A DNA stretch of 64,000 nt. Origin: Octopus sinensis (Eukaryota). Below the pieces are notes generated by a model. It saw nothing but the letters and a program-made list of their open reading frames with translations. It was not told where the DNA came from and did not search any database. The stretch lies in the NCBI RefSeq assembly GCF_006345805.1, contig NW_021833847.1, positions 1 to 64,000 on the forward strand, written 5' to 3'. Positions 26,580 through 40,634 of the stretch are shown here, one piece after another. How positions within the stretch are numbered: position 1 is the first letter of the stretch; each line of letters begins with the position of its first letter. A program made the position numbers and the translations under genes.

Positions 26580-26660
26580 CCCATGTCCAGCGGCAGCTTA
26601 GAAACCTCGTCGCAGCCTATTACGTTCCACTACCCAAGGCAAAAAGCATTAAAATGTGTA
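26580..26660 (-). other. Candidate 81-nt exon ending in ATG-GG (possible 5'UTR/start-codon exon)
   Basis: Long pyrimidine tract ending cccatatcttacag| and donor GG|GTAAGT (26579-26574). gacATGG has G at -3 and +4. All three frames have a stop upstream of the ATG. Confidence 0.35.
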
Positions 26661-27313
26661 CTGTAAGATATGGGAAATAAAGAAGAGAGATAAAATAAAA
26701 GAAAGAACCGAAGACAAGAAAATCTCTCTCAGAATCTAGCAATCAGCCGAGATCACTGCTTATATCCTTGACAACGATATTCTGCTTCGCATTTGTTTTT
26801 TTTTTTTTTTTCTTTTATTTATAAAGTAGGTGAAGATGATTTATGCAGTCTGGCTTGATCCTTAATTACCGGTATGGTCAAAATTAGGATTCTGTGGTTA
26901 CAAAATCAATAAATGCACGCGGTTTTTACTGATCCGACGCAAATATTAGCTCTGCGCGGCTGAGAGCTGCTGAATATAATATTGAAGGTTTAAGCAAAAC
27001 CACATTCGCTTAAGAAGGGATTTCTCAGATCTAATGACAAATCCTGTTTTTTCCGTGATCGGAGATGAGAAGAAGCACACATCAAAGGCGGAATGGAAGA
27101 CACAAATATAATCATAAGATAAACACACGCATGTATGTATGAGTGTATATATGTATATATGTATGTATGTGTATGTTTATATATATATCTATACATATAT
27201 ATATATATGTCTGTATGTATGTATGCATGTATGTATGAGTGTATGTGTATGCACGTATATATAAATGTGTGTATGCGTATGTATATATATATATGTACAT
27301 GTATATATATGTA

Positions 27314-27344
<31 letters not shown>

Positions 27345-27373
27345 GTATAGACACATACACACACATATGTATA

Positions 27374-27438
<65 letters not shown>

Positions 27439-28181
27439 ATATATATATATATTCGCTCAGATCCACACACAGAAATACATACATTCATTCATATACATAC
27501 ATATATACACACGTACATGGGTATGTGCGCATATGTGCACGTGCGTATATGAATGCTAATATTATTACAGCCACGTTCACACACATGCACATACATATAT
27601 ACACACACACAACACACACACGAATAAATACATACAAAGACAGTCACAGAAAAAACACGCAAACACAAACACACAATTACACACATACACGTATCTGTTT
27701 ACATGTGCGTGCATGTATGTTATTCATTTATTTGCAATCATATACAGCAAACATTCCTTGCATATTTAATTATACCTAAACACACATGTATAACTATAAA
27801 TAAATCTATTTACTTTATCTATCTACTAATCTCTCCACCCCTCCATTATCTGAATGCATGTCTCTCCTCATGCGGGCGCTTGTCTGCCTATGTGTATTTC
27901 CCTGTACGCAAGAATATGAGTGTGAGCTTGTGTGCGGTCGTATGCAAATATGCACATACACACACGTATATATACACACACACACACATATATATATATA
28001 TACATATTAGCATACCCGTGTTGTCAAAAATGGCAATAATTTTGCTAATGAAACAAAACGGTGTATCAACACGTATATTTACCAGATTCCTGACATTTAT
28101 CAGCAATCTAGAATATGTATACAGAATTGATACCCATATAGCACCTCTGTTGGACATATCTTTTACATGATAAAAGTGTGA

Positions 28182-28224
<43 letters not shown>

Positions 28225-28226
<2 letters not shown>

Positions 28227-28400
28227 TTTTTTTTTTTCCTCTGTCTTCCCTTCTCGGGATCTTTCCTTCTCCTTTGTTTCCGACGAAGAGCTCCGCTCGA
28301 AACGTTAAATCCTCCTTCCCTTCTTTTCTGAGCGTCAAATAATACTTTAATTGTTCCACATCCTCGCGTTGCTGTGTTTTTTTCTGTGTTTTCTTGTTTG
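28225..28400 (+). mobile_element. Penelope-like terminal-repeat fragment (second copy)
   Basis: Matches 5330-5470 in reverse and contains ccgacgaagagctccgctcgaaacgttaaatcc. Confidence 0.5.
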
Positions 28401-28950
28401 GATTAACTATATATATATATATATACATATATGGGTACAGGACATCACTAACTGTGTAAACAACATGAAATATGTAGACAAACAAGTTAAATAAACAACG
28501 AGAGGAAGGAATGGAAAACGGGTCAAGTAAACACAGAGAAACGACGATTCAGCAGTTGCCGGTAGTCTGTCTACTCCTCCATTCGAGCATTCAACGACGA
28601 TATGTGTCTTGAAATATAGATGCTCCCATAAATTCTAAAATTAAATTCAAGATTTATGAAGGATTGAATTTGAGAACAATAACAGAACAGTGGAGACATA
28701 CAAGGAAACCGAACGAAAACAAACATGGGGGGGGGGGTCGTTTGACCAAAACGAGGGGAAAATAGTGAACGCTGGGAGAAATATTCTCTTTAAAAACAGA
28801 AACAGATAGAAAAGAAAAAAAAATGTCCAGTCCTTTGAACGTCCGTGCAGGAAATGAGAGATGATCACTGAAGGAAATGAAAGATGGACGATGGTCATGA
28901 TATGAGCATCGAGAGAGAGACAGAAAGAGAGAGAGAGAGAAAGAGAACAG

Positions 28951-29160
28951 CGCAGAATGGGCTGTATGGTAAGTAGCTTGCTTACCAACAACATGGTACC
29001 TTGGGCAAGTGTCTTCTACTGCTGCCTCGGGCCCACCAAAGCATTTTAAGTGGAATTGTTGGACGGAAACTGAAAGAAGCACGTCGTATATATATATATA
29101 TATATGTGTGTGTATCTGTGGTTGTCCCCACAGCATCGCTTGACAACCGAGGCTGGTGTG
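28951..29160 (+). mobile_element. SINE type A, internally deleted and 3'-truncated
   Basis: ggctgtatggtaagtagcttgcttaccaac head joined directly to cttgggcaagtgtc; ends after cttgacaaccgaggctggtgtg. Confidence 0.8.
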
Positions 29161-29385
29161 AAATGTATGTTGGTTTACATTTTTTAGATCGTAAGAAATT
29201 AGCAAAGTTTATTGACTTTTACCTGGAAAAGGAAACAAGGGCCTATTTCAGAAAGGGCAATAATGGGAAAATGAACAAAAACGAAAGAAAATATGAAGCA
29301 TATATATTCTCAGGCATACACACGCACACACGCACAATTATATATAAATGTGTGTGTATGTGTATATCTATCTATCTATCTATCT

Positions 29386-29446
<61 letters not shown>

Positions 29447-29491
29447 CATACATATATATATTTATATATATACATATATAACGAGAACCGA

Positions 29492-29772
29492 CGCCCTTTT
29501 CAAGCCTAGCCAGGCTTATGGGCCCGGTTTCCCGATTTCTGTGGCGTATATGTTCGCCCTAGCTGGACGGGACGCCAGTCCATCGCAGCGTTACTCAAGA
29601 AGCAGGAAGAGAGAGTAAGAGAAAGTTTTGGCGAAAGAGTACAACAGTGGTTGCCACTACTCCCTGCCGGAGCCTCATTGAGCTTTTAGGTGTTTTCGCT
29701 CAATAAACACACACAACGCCCGGTCAGGGAATCGAAACCGCTGCGCTAATCACTGGGCCTTTGCGCCTCCAC
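29492..29772 (-). mobile_element. Chimeric SINE: type B head/body with type C (V-like) tail
   Basis: Type B head (gtggaggcgcaaaggcccagtg..ggtttcgattccctgaccgggcg) followed by gagtaacgctgcgatggactggcgtcccgtccagct..gggcccataagcctggctaggcttgaaaagggcg, the tail of 49082-49330. Confidence 0.8.
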
Positions 29773-29826
29773 ACACACCTACACACACACACACATATAT
29801 ATATAATATGCAAATAGATAGATAGT

Positions 29827-29897
<71 letters not shown>

Positions 29898-30183
29898 GTA
29901 GATAAGTTTCTTTATTGGCCACACAGGGCTGCACACAGATGGGACAAGTTACAAGGTAGAGCTTTTCTTTTGGGGGATGAAAAAAACAAAAAACAAAAGA
30001 AACAAAAAAAAAAGAAAAAAAAGGGTGGCGTAGGTTTTCGATCAAGAGGGATCGTAAAAGGGAAGAAAAGAAAAAAAATTAAAAAAAGAAAAAGAAAAAT
30101 AAAAAAGAAGAAAAGGAAAAGGAACAAAAGAAAAGAGAAATGAAAAAAGAAGATAAAAGGGGAAAAAAAGGCGAAGAGGAAAA

Positions 30184-30217
<34 letters not shown>

Positions 30218-31246
30218 TGATCGATTTAATTTCTGAATTTGTCTATTCCCGTTAGTACCCTGCTCCAGAAGACGTATGACGTATGAAGCGAATCTCTGCC
30301 ATTTTCTGATATCATGTTTTCAGTTTATATATCTTATTTGTTATTTCTTTGCTTAGTTTCTTTAACTTTGACTATTTTGTCTGAAGTCGTCATTTTTATG
30401 AGGTTAGATATTTCCTATGAATAATTGAAGTATTATTATTTTCGTCGAAATTATCTATATAGTGGCACAATTTTCTACACGTTGTCTTAATTCCTCATTG
30501 AAAACACGTACTAGCAGGTTTTAAGTAGTTGTCTCTTAAATCTTCAACACGCAAAATCATGGAACTAACCATGAAGAGCCATTTTTTTTAGCATTATGCA
30601 ATATTAATACCATATCTTGAATCACTCACTTAAAGTCATCGGGACAATTTTTTATTTTATTTCGAGTTACGGCGCTAAATTTTAAAAAAGGACGTGAAAA
30701 CAGACTGAACCGTTGTGGTTCTGTCGACCTCTGAGTTCGAGATTTCGTACGTATTAGAGAATACTTATAGCACACTTGAGCAGCTGATAATATAATATTT
30801 GTTGTAACGAGCCACATGAAGATGGTCAGCTGCACTGTTGTTCAACTTAATTGAAAGGTCACCTACAATTCAAACTGAAACGGCACTTCCAATCTAAATG
30901 CGAATTTATTAAAATGATCTCTGAAGATAACCCATTAATAAAAATAATAGTTTGCTTGAATAAATATACAAAGAATACAAATATACAAAGAAACACTGAT
31001 TAACCCTACAAAATATAACAAAAGCATTACATATACACATGTAGGTAACCACAGTGGTTCAAGTTGAATTTTCATTGCCAAGAAATTCTTGGAGATGGAG
31101 AACCTGAAGGTTCAGTATCAAAAAAAAAAAAGAAAGAGAAGAAAAAAAACTAACGAGGATTTTGGGGGATTTGTCTTTCAGTAAAAAAGAACAGACAATA
31201 GAATTAGGTATCAAAAATGTCGGTCTTGCATGTGATAGACACAAAT

Positions 31247-31660
31247 AGGCGCAAAAGTGGCTGTGTGGTAAGTAGCTTGCTAACCAACCACATGGTTCCG
31301 GGTTCAGTCTTACTGCGTGGCATCTTGGGCAAGTGTCTTCTGCTATAGCCCCGGGCCGACCAATGCCTTGTGAGTGGATTTGGTAGACGGAGACTGAAAG
31401 AAGCATGTCGTATATATGTATATATATATATATGTATATGTATGTGTGTGTTTGTGTGTCTGTGTTTGTCCCCCTAGCATTGCTTGACAACCGATGCTGG
31501 TGTGTTTACGTCCCCGTCACTTAGCGGTTCGGCAAAAAGAGGCCGATATAATAAGTACTGGGCTTACAAAGAATAAGTCTCGGGGTCGATTTGCTCGACT
31601 AAAGGCGGTGCTCCAGCATGGCCGCAGTCAAATGACTGAAACAAGTAAAAGAGTAAAAGA
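31247..31660 (+). mobile_element. SINE type A, full length
   Basis: A box TGGCTGTGTGGT, B box GGTTCAGTC, internal (TA)/(TG) tract 31411-31470 and (gtaaaaga) tail. Confidence 0.9.
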
Positions 31661-32179
31661 ATATATATGAAAGGTGCTTGAACAACGTAAACTAATTTAG
31701 GCTTGTATGTATTTTTCAATAATGATTTGACTTGAAACTTTGTGGTCAACTACATGTGTTGATGTAAGGTTTTCTTCACGTTTTTTTTAATGATGAAACT
31801 GTATATCTCTGTATGTTCTTTCATGGGTTAACTCTAGCATACTGTCCTCTTTTTTCCATGGGAGATTTCCAACTAAAAGCATTTGCACTACATAAACCAC
31901 AACAAATCATATAGTAGCAAGCTCAACATCACTCCAAAACACACACAAACGCATATACGCAAACACACACACGCACACACATACATACACACACACACAT
32001 ACACACACAAACGCACACACACACACACAAACGCGCACACATACGTACACAGATTATTATCAATTGCATATGTCTATAACTATACACATATAGATATACA
32101 TACACACATAGAGAAGAAAACATGCACACACAAACACAAAGACACACACGCATATATATGTATACATATATATATATAT

Positions 32180-32238
<59 letters not shown>

Positions 32239-32915
32239 CATATATATATATATATACATACATATATATATAAATACGTAAATATATATGCATATATATG
32301 TGCATATATGTATATGTATATAGGTATATGTGTGTGATGCATATATGTGTATGTGTGTCTATATGTGTATGTATCTGCGCGCACACGTGAGTATGTATGC
32401 TTGTGAGTGTAACTGCATATATTTATGTTTCGGGCACAGCGAATACAAAAAAAAATATAACATAAAAGGCTAAGTCAGACAAACCTTGACTTAGACACAC
32501 GCGCCCAACTATACAAATATAAACACCCAGAAACAAAGACACTTACACAGAAACACACACAGACACACAACGTGCACACATACATACACACGGAATCACC
32601 TACTCAGAGAGAGACACATCCACTAGCACAAACATACATGCAACGCACATTTATACGTGTTCGTGTCTCTGCATAAATTATACATGCACGCTTTATTGGA
32701 GACACTTGTGGAATTCTTTCGGCTCCCACACTGCTCTGCTTTTGCTCCTTCTTGATGGTTTCGAAGGGATATATAGATAGGACAATAAACGTTAATCAAA
32801 CAAAACTAAAAAGTAATCATAACAATAAAAGACTGCTTTATATATGTTAGAGCACGGAGTGCTTGCAAGCATACACACATTCGTAAAGCAACGCTCCTAT
32901 ATGTGTAAATATATA

Positions 32916-32978
<63 letters not shown>

Positions 32979-33050
32979 ATGTGTGTATATTCATACATTT
33001 GTTTATATACTTACTCACGAAGCTATATATTTGTTTATGTACATATATAC

Positions 33051-33128
<78 letters not shown>

Positions 33129-33264
33129 TATATATTTATATATACGCATATATACATATATATATTAATATATATATATATATATACATATAGATATATG
33201 GTACATGTGTGTATGTGTAAGCGCCTCTGAGGCTTAAATGTTGTGTATGTATTATGCAAGTATG

Positions 33265-33328
<64 letters not shown>

Positions 33329-34189
33329 CATACATGCACAAAAGTGAATGCCCGTGAGTGTGTGTATGACTGAGCATGCACGTGTGTGAATGTGTGTATA
33401 TGTGTGTGTATGTGTGTGTGTATGTGTGTGTGCGTGTGTTTGCGTGTCTATAAATATATGCCGAAATTTCACAAAAGTATTCTATTCACTTCTACTAACA
33501 GCACAAACAACACCACTGCCACGACTACCACAAACACCATCCCACCCACTTTATGTGTACTATTTTATTATTTCGAATATTACTAATACTAGTGCAACTA
33601 ATTATTTCTAATTTTGGCACAAGCCAAGCTGTTTTGAGGCCAGGAGAAATGACGGTACATTGACCCCAAAATTAAAATTTATCAACTATTAAATTAATAT
33701 CGGTCGATTTTGGCAGCATTTGAATTTAGAATGTAAAAATTCGGAAGAATTGTTGCTAAGCATTTTACTATCTCACCGCCTAACGGATATTATCAGACGA
33801 AAAAGGAATGTTTATTAATTGACATGAGTATTCCTTGAGATCACAATATAGCGGCGAAAGAATTTGAGAAGATCAGTAAATATAACGACTTACTGATAGA
33901 AAGTGAAAAAAATATGGCATCCCGAAGCGACTACAATACCAGTGATTGTAGGATCTCTAGAACTGATAAAAACATGGTACTGAAACCTATTTAAAAATGA
34001 TACCAGGCTTACCATCCCTACAGGAAATGCAAAAACCGCGTTAACTGGAACGACTCATGTACTGAGAAGAGTATTATCGCTGTGTATTTGCATGTGTAAT
34101 CTGGGAATGCATACAATGAGCTTAACTGATCTAGGTATACGGAAAATACTCGTCGAGAAACGGAAGATTTTAAGATAGAAGGAAATATT

Positions 34190-34223
<34 letters not shown>

Positions 34224-34359
34224 TAATAATAATAATAACAATAACAATAACGATGACGATGACGATGATGATCATGATCATGATCATGATGATGACGACG
34301 ATGATGGTGGCAGTGGTGCTGCTGCTGCTGATGATGATGATAATCATTGGACATGATAA

Positions 34360-34480
34360 AAAAACAATTCAACAAAAACGTAGATGCTATACCTGGATCC
34401 TCAACAAATCACAATAAAAATAATAGTCCTGCTGGGACAACCGATATTCTGTGCAAAGCCCTATTAATTCACTAATGCAG
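34360..34480 (+). mobile_element. Tiny R4/Dong 3' remnant
   Basis: VDAIPGSS..KIVLLGT.DILCKAL-like sequence, similar to the end at 56980-57070, downstream of (TAA)/(GAT) arrays. Confidence 0.35.
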
Positions 34481-34639
34481 CTTAAACAAAACAACCCACA
34501 AGCACAAAATACAATCTATTATGCAATTATCCAGTGAAGTAAACATCCACCAGCAATCTAATTAACCAACGCATTACACATTTTGCCTGGCGTCTGTCAC
34601 AACGACGAGCAGTGGAAAAACACGCTGGACAAACTATAT

Positions 34640-36040
34640 CCACATGTGTTAACCTTGAAGGAATTGCGAGAGATGATGCAGTCTCAGCCAATAGATCGCT
34701 GAATAAGTCTCGCATACAGACGCAAATTACAAATGACAGACTAAGCAGACATTTTGATTAGCCTGGACCTTTCATCCACAGAGCACTTACTGTTTTTCCG
34801 CAGCTGTTACCGTCTGTCTTTCGGTGACACACTGTCTCTCCCAATGAGATTCGGGACATGTGCTCGAGATAAGCAATGAAGCTCTTCCAGCGATTCGGCA
34901 TGCCGAACATGCTGGACATTTGTGCAAAGCGCCGCCCAAAGTCCATAGACGTACCTGGGTCAAGCAATGCACCCATCATATTCCGACAGAGTTGACGCTT
35001 TATTGCTGCGTTGCCCATCCACCACTCTAGCTCTCTCAATGAGATTCATCAACTTGGGGCATGTACCTTAGCTCTGAAAATGCAGCCATCGTGCTTTGTG
35101 TTTTATGTTGAAGAATTGTCCATGGGTCAGACTCAATCATCTGTCTCTATCATAGTTTTCTCTATCACCACATTTTAACACTTAAAACCTTAACACTTTT
35201 CACGGCGAACCCTTTTGCTGTTGACAGTTACCCCGTTGGACTACCGTTTAACTAATTCGCTATTCTGATTTCTAAAACTTAGGCGAACCGGGAAAAATTC
35301 ACTTTCAGCTTCCGATAGGCATGCCTCTGCCTGCAAAGCTTAGGTAGCTTCACCGTACCAATAAGAAATTTGCAGTTTGCGATGCTTTTCAAATATTGAG
35401 AGACAATGCTACCCTTACGTATTTTCCTGCAAAATATTCTACACTGTTGCAATCGGGACGCCATTTTATGGTTTGACCATATTTATATATGAACATTCAA
35501 ATGATCCCTTTGGAATGTGTCCATGAGTTAGAAACAGCTAAGCAGGTTTGTGAGGCTTTCACACACCCATTATCAATCGGGTAGCTTCACGCTATCAAAA
35601 TGTTTATTTAAGATATGTTTCCCGTCGGGCAGTAACAGTAAAGAACTTGATATTCCCAAGGAACACCCAAAAGAAATCTACTCGGCTAGACTTTGTTAGG
35701 TTGTAAATGGCTACCAGACAGAACGTATGACCAGTACTACTAGTTACGTCTAATGCCATCAACTTACTTTCTGGGTTCAAGACGTTGCTCTGTATAGCGA
35801 GATCATGATCTTTCCGAAACAACACCACAAATCCACCACCTACGCTCGGTCGACTTAGAGATATGTATAACTTACATCCACCGAAAACAGACGTGAATAC
35901 ACGTAGTTCGCAAATTCTGGTCCTAGTAATGACCACCGCATGTTTATCTAGAGGGCTGAAGGTTTGCTAAAGCACTGGTCCAGCTTCCAAATTGACCTCA
36001 AGTGGTATGCATTTACATTAACTATTATGAGTAGGGTTAT
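34640..36040 (-). mobile_element. L1/Tx1-like ORF2 remnant (APE endonuclease and start of RT)
   Basis: Minus strand, across stops and frameshifts: VNVN..; AVVITRTRI..SRPSVGGGFVVLFRK..PESKLMALDV..FCLVAIYN..RVDFF; SNH; AYRKLKVN (GYWKLN-like); TVTAAE..KGPG; MRDLFSDLLAE. Confidence 0.65.
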
Positions 36041-37759
36041 GAAGACTGCGACGCAGGTCCTCTTATCTTATTGCTGTGGGAAGTAAAATACCCGCTTTTA
36101 CTGGTAATGGGTGATCCTAATTTTAAATTTATGCATAGCTTCTTGTTTAGTACGACCCACATTTCACCCATTCCATTGGGGTATTTGTTTTCAGGTTTAA
36201 TTGTGTACCTTTCTTCACTGATATTTAGAACGTGCACGCGTTGCTATGGTACATGTCCGTATTACGTAATCCTGGAGAATAATGTTTTTGAGTTATTTTA
36301 AGCGCGGGGTATCCGTTCGTTGTGGTTTCATGATGCTATTTAATTTATGAGTAATTTTGCGTGTAATGTTCCTTTTGGTTTCGGTACACATGTGTTCGCA
36401 ATATTACTTGGACTGACTATGATGCTGGTGATGACGATAGCGTTCGTCATAAGGTGGCGCCGGTGATCATGAGAATAATGTTACTAGCATTGGTTGTGTT
36501 ATTGGAGTTTTGTTGGTAGGTTTTTGAAATATTCCTTCCGTGCGGTCAAAAGCTTCAGACAATTTCGTTGTCGTATTTTCAGTTTTTCCGTTTTATTCCT
36601 GTTGAACAACTCCTGCTATTTCGGATCCTTCCACGTTACATTTCTCATATCCAAGTGTTTCCAAGCAGAGAGGGAAATACTTGAATGCGTCGAGCTGTGT
36701 CTATTGCTGTTTTTGTTTGCGGTATTCAGTTGCTATTGATTCTTGTTGCCGATGTCATGACTCTTCCGGGCGGCGTTTACGTTGCTCATCGTCTCTGTTA
36801 ATGCTGTCGTTATTATTGTTGTTTTTAGTTACGTTGTTGTTAATGCTGCTGCTCCCAATTTAGCTAAACTTGCTGCTGTTGCTGTTGCTCTTGTTGTTGT
36901 TGTTAAGCAGCAAGACGTGTAAGGGTGATTAGGTGATGGTCTAGGGCTTAGGGGCGGGAGACCCTAGAACTTGGAAAAAAAAAACTTTGGTCGTCTTGTT
37001 GTAGTCGAGGGCTCTTCGTTGACGCCCGACACCACTGGGAGGTGGCCCTCGAAGTCACTGGAAATAGAGATCTCCAGGTCCAAATTCTTGAACAGCTGCC
37101 GCTACTGATTTTCAAAGGACCCAACTGTTTTTAATTATCTGCAATAGAAAGCTGCAAAATATTTCTGATTACAATTAGCACATACAAAACTTTTTCTAAA
37201 TTAAGCAGAAGGAAGCATTTTTCACTTCTGCCTGTCGAAAATTCAAAGTAATGGTCACTGTTTTTAATACTGAATTCAAACGTTTTCTTTAGAGTATGAA
37301 TTCAAAGAATTTAAAGAAAAGACAATGAGAGAAAAGCGTAAATACTGTATTGACATAGCTACATGTAGAGTTAGACAGACACCTAAGACACACGTATGTG
37401 AAACTATTCTAATTGAGTCGCTAAATCGTGTCATGGACTGCTTTCCACTTGAACTTGTCACTGCACTACGATGACCGCGTATTTCCGACACCTCCTGCCA
37501 TGTTCTCCCTCTCTCTCTCTCGTTCTCTCTCTCTTTCTCTGTCTCTGGCTCTCGTTGTCACCCTCACCGTCTCGTTTTCTCTTTTTCGTTCTCTCTCGCT
37601 TTCTCTCATTCGATGTCTCTCTATCTTCCCCCTCACTGCGTTTTACTGTGTTTAAATCTCTGCTTTTTTTACTATTTCTCTTTCTCATTCTTCTCTTCTA
37701 AGGCATTATGTTCTGTCTCGAGAGTTTCTCAAACTCTCTGCTAGCCCGTCTAATTCTCT

Positions 37760-37834
<75 letters not shown>

Positions 37835-38146
37835 CACTCTCTTTCAAGCTACCTCTCCTCTCTCATACGCACACATAGTTACACAGTCAAATATACATTC
37901 TAGCGCACATACTTAAATTTATATAATTGCGGGAATTGTATAAACGGTGCCAAGTTAAACGTAAGACTTTTAAAAGCCCACCGGGTAAAATAGAAGAGAC
38001 ATGTGAAAAGAGTATGCGAGACCATATTATACACACCCACACGCACGCACGCACACACGCGTGCGCTCATATATATGCATATATGGTACTCTCTCTCTTT
38101 CTCCATATATACATAAATATATAATATATATATATACTCTTTACAC

Positions 38147-38343
38147 TTTACTCTTTTACTTGTTTCAGGCATTTGACTGCGGCCATGCTGGAGCACTGCC
38201 TTTAGTCGAGCAAATCGACCCCGGGACTTATTCTTTGTAAGCCCAGTACTTATTCTATCGGTCTCTTTTGCCGAACCGCTAAGTGACGGGGACGTAAACA
38301 CACCAGCATCGGTTGTCAAGCAATGCTAGAGGGACAGACACAA

Positions 38344-38374
<31 letters not shown>

Positions 38375-38538
38375 CATATATACGACAGGCTTCTTTCAGT
38401 TTCCGTCTACCAAATCCACTCACAAGGCATTGGTCGGCCCGGGGCTATAGCAGAAGACACTTGCCCAAGATGCCACGCAGTGGGACTGAACCTGAAACCA
38501 TGTGGTTGGTTAGCAAGCTACTTACCACACAGCCACTC
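38147..38538 (-). mobile_element. SINE type A, full length
   Basis: Reverse complement closely matches 31247-31660. Confidence 0.9.
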
Positions 38539-38541
38539 ATA

Positions 38542-38640
<99 letters not shown>

Positions 38641-38643
38641 TTA

Positions 38644-38924
38644 TGGGCCAACCGAAGCTTTGTGAGTGGATTTGGTAGACGGAAACTGAAAGAAGCCCGT
38701 CGCATATATGTATATATATGCGAGTGTTTGTGTTTGTGTTTATCCTCCCAACATCGCTTGACAACCGATGCTAGTGTGTTTACGTCCTCGTAAATTCGGC
38801 AAAAGAGACCGATAGAATAAGTACTAGGCTTACAAAGAATAAGTCCTCGGGTCGATTTGCTCGACTAGAGGCGGTGCTCCAGCATGGCCGCAGCCAAATG
38901 ATTGAAACAAGTAAAAGAGTAAAA

Positions 38925-38926
<2 letters not shown>
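38644..38926 (+). mobile_element. SINE type A, 5'-truncated
   Basis: Starts at gggccaaccgaagctttgtgagtgg and ends with the gtaaaagagtaaaa tail. Confidence 0.9.
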
Positions 38927-38975
<49 letters not shown>

Positions 38976-39808
38976 AAGGTTTAAAAGGAACACACGAGTT
39001 GATATATATGAAATAACAAGTCAAAATAGAAAATGCTAAAATAATTTTATAAAGAACATTTCAGTACCGGTTTCGGTCATTTTGAGACCTTTTCAACTGT
39101 AACGATTAAATAATTAAATTTTGAAAAATTAGAAGAAAAGTTTTTTTAAAGGAAAATTTGTATAGTGTTCAAATTTAAGTGGCATTCTGCCTTTCTCTGT
39201 CTCCCTTGTTTGCACTTGTGTGTTCGAGGCCGTTATATATATATATACACACGTCTCTGTGTGTAGTTATATGATTGAGTGTGTACATCATCACACATAT
39301 ATGTGGGTTTTATATAGCCATATCTCGATAATTCACTCTCTACCAACCTATTTATCTATGCGTCAGCCCTTCTCTTTGTCTGTAAGTCTACCTTTCTGTT
39401 TGCCTGCCCGAGTGTCTCGCAGTGAATCCATCAGGCTGTCTTCCCGACCTTCTGGCTGTCTTACCAGTTAACTATATTCATACAAAGTATGCATACATAC
39501 AAACATACAAACATACATACGTAGGAAATCCTTTAATTAGTCAGAGAGCAGTGTGCATCGAAAATACAAACAAGATAAAACAGAAAGGAAAATATTCTTA
39601 TTTACATGGATCCATAATTCAGAGATTTATGCCCCGCCGTGAAGCGACACAGAGTCGGGGATACTATTTGAAGGAATACTCTCGAACCGCTGATTTTCCA
39701 CTGCGTTTCGCTGGATTCTTCCATGGCGGCGATTCACGTATTTGTATATATCGCTAAATATTTATTCTTGTAAGTGCGCATGTATGTATATAGGTATATA
39801 TATATATG

Positions 39809-40052
39809 GGTGTAAGTTGGTGAGCTGGCAAAAAACGTTAGCACGCCGGGCGGAGTGCTTCGCGTTATTTCGTCTGCCGCTACGTTCTCAGTTCAAATTC
39901 CGCCGAGGTCGACTTTGCCTTTCATCCTTTCGGGGTCGATTTAATAAATAAGTACCAGTTAAGCACTGGGGGTGATATAATCGACTTAATCCGTTTGTCT
40001 GCCCTTGTTTGTTCCCTATATGTTTAGCCCCTAGTGGGTAGTAAAGAAATAG
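39809..40052 (+). mobile_element. SINE type E, full length
   Basis: Homologous to 63043-63275: tRNA-like head, gtcgactttgcctttcatcctttcggggtcgat..aagtaccagtt central domain and gggtagtaaagaaat tail. Confidence 0.85.
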
Positions 40053-40634
40053 TTATATATATGGATGTATGCATGCATACACCCATATATGTGTCCATGT
40101 ATGTATGAATGTATGTTTGAGTGTGTATCTAGGTGTATGAATGCACATGTGTGTCTGTGTGTGTGTGTGTCTGTATGTATGTAGAATGGTTTGCTGAAAA
40201 TTTCCTGGCTTTCGATGAAAGAAAATACAAGAGGATCAGTGGAATATGATTTTATTCAACATATTCCTCTCTCAGATACACACACTTATAGCAGAGGTCC
40301 TTCGGTTTTTCTGAGCCTTGCAAAATAACACGGAATGATGGGCCACTAGCTAGGTCTTATGCGACACCCTTAAAGTCAAGAACTGTACAGTTCCTGTCAT
40401 ATGTTGTATGTATATATGTTAGTATGTATGCATGTGTCTATGTGTCTGCTTAAATTGATAGAAAGAAAGATACATTGATAGATACATACATACATACATA
40501 CACAACATACATACATACATACATACATACATACATACATACATACAACATACATACATACATACAACAACATACATACATACATACATACATACATACA
40601 TACATACATACATACATACATACATTCATACATA

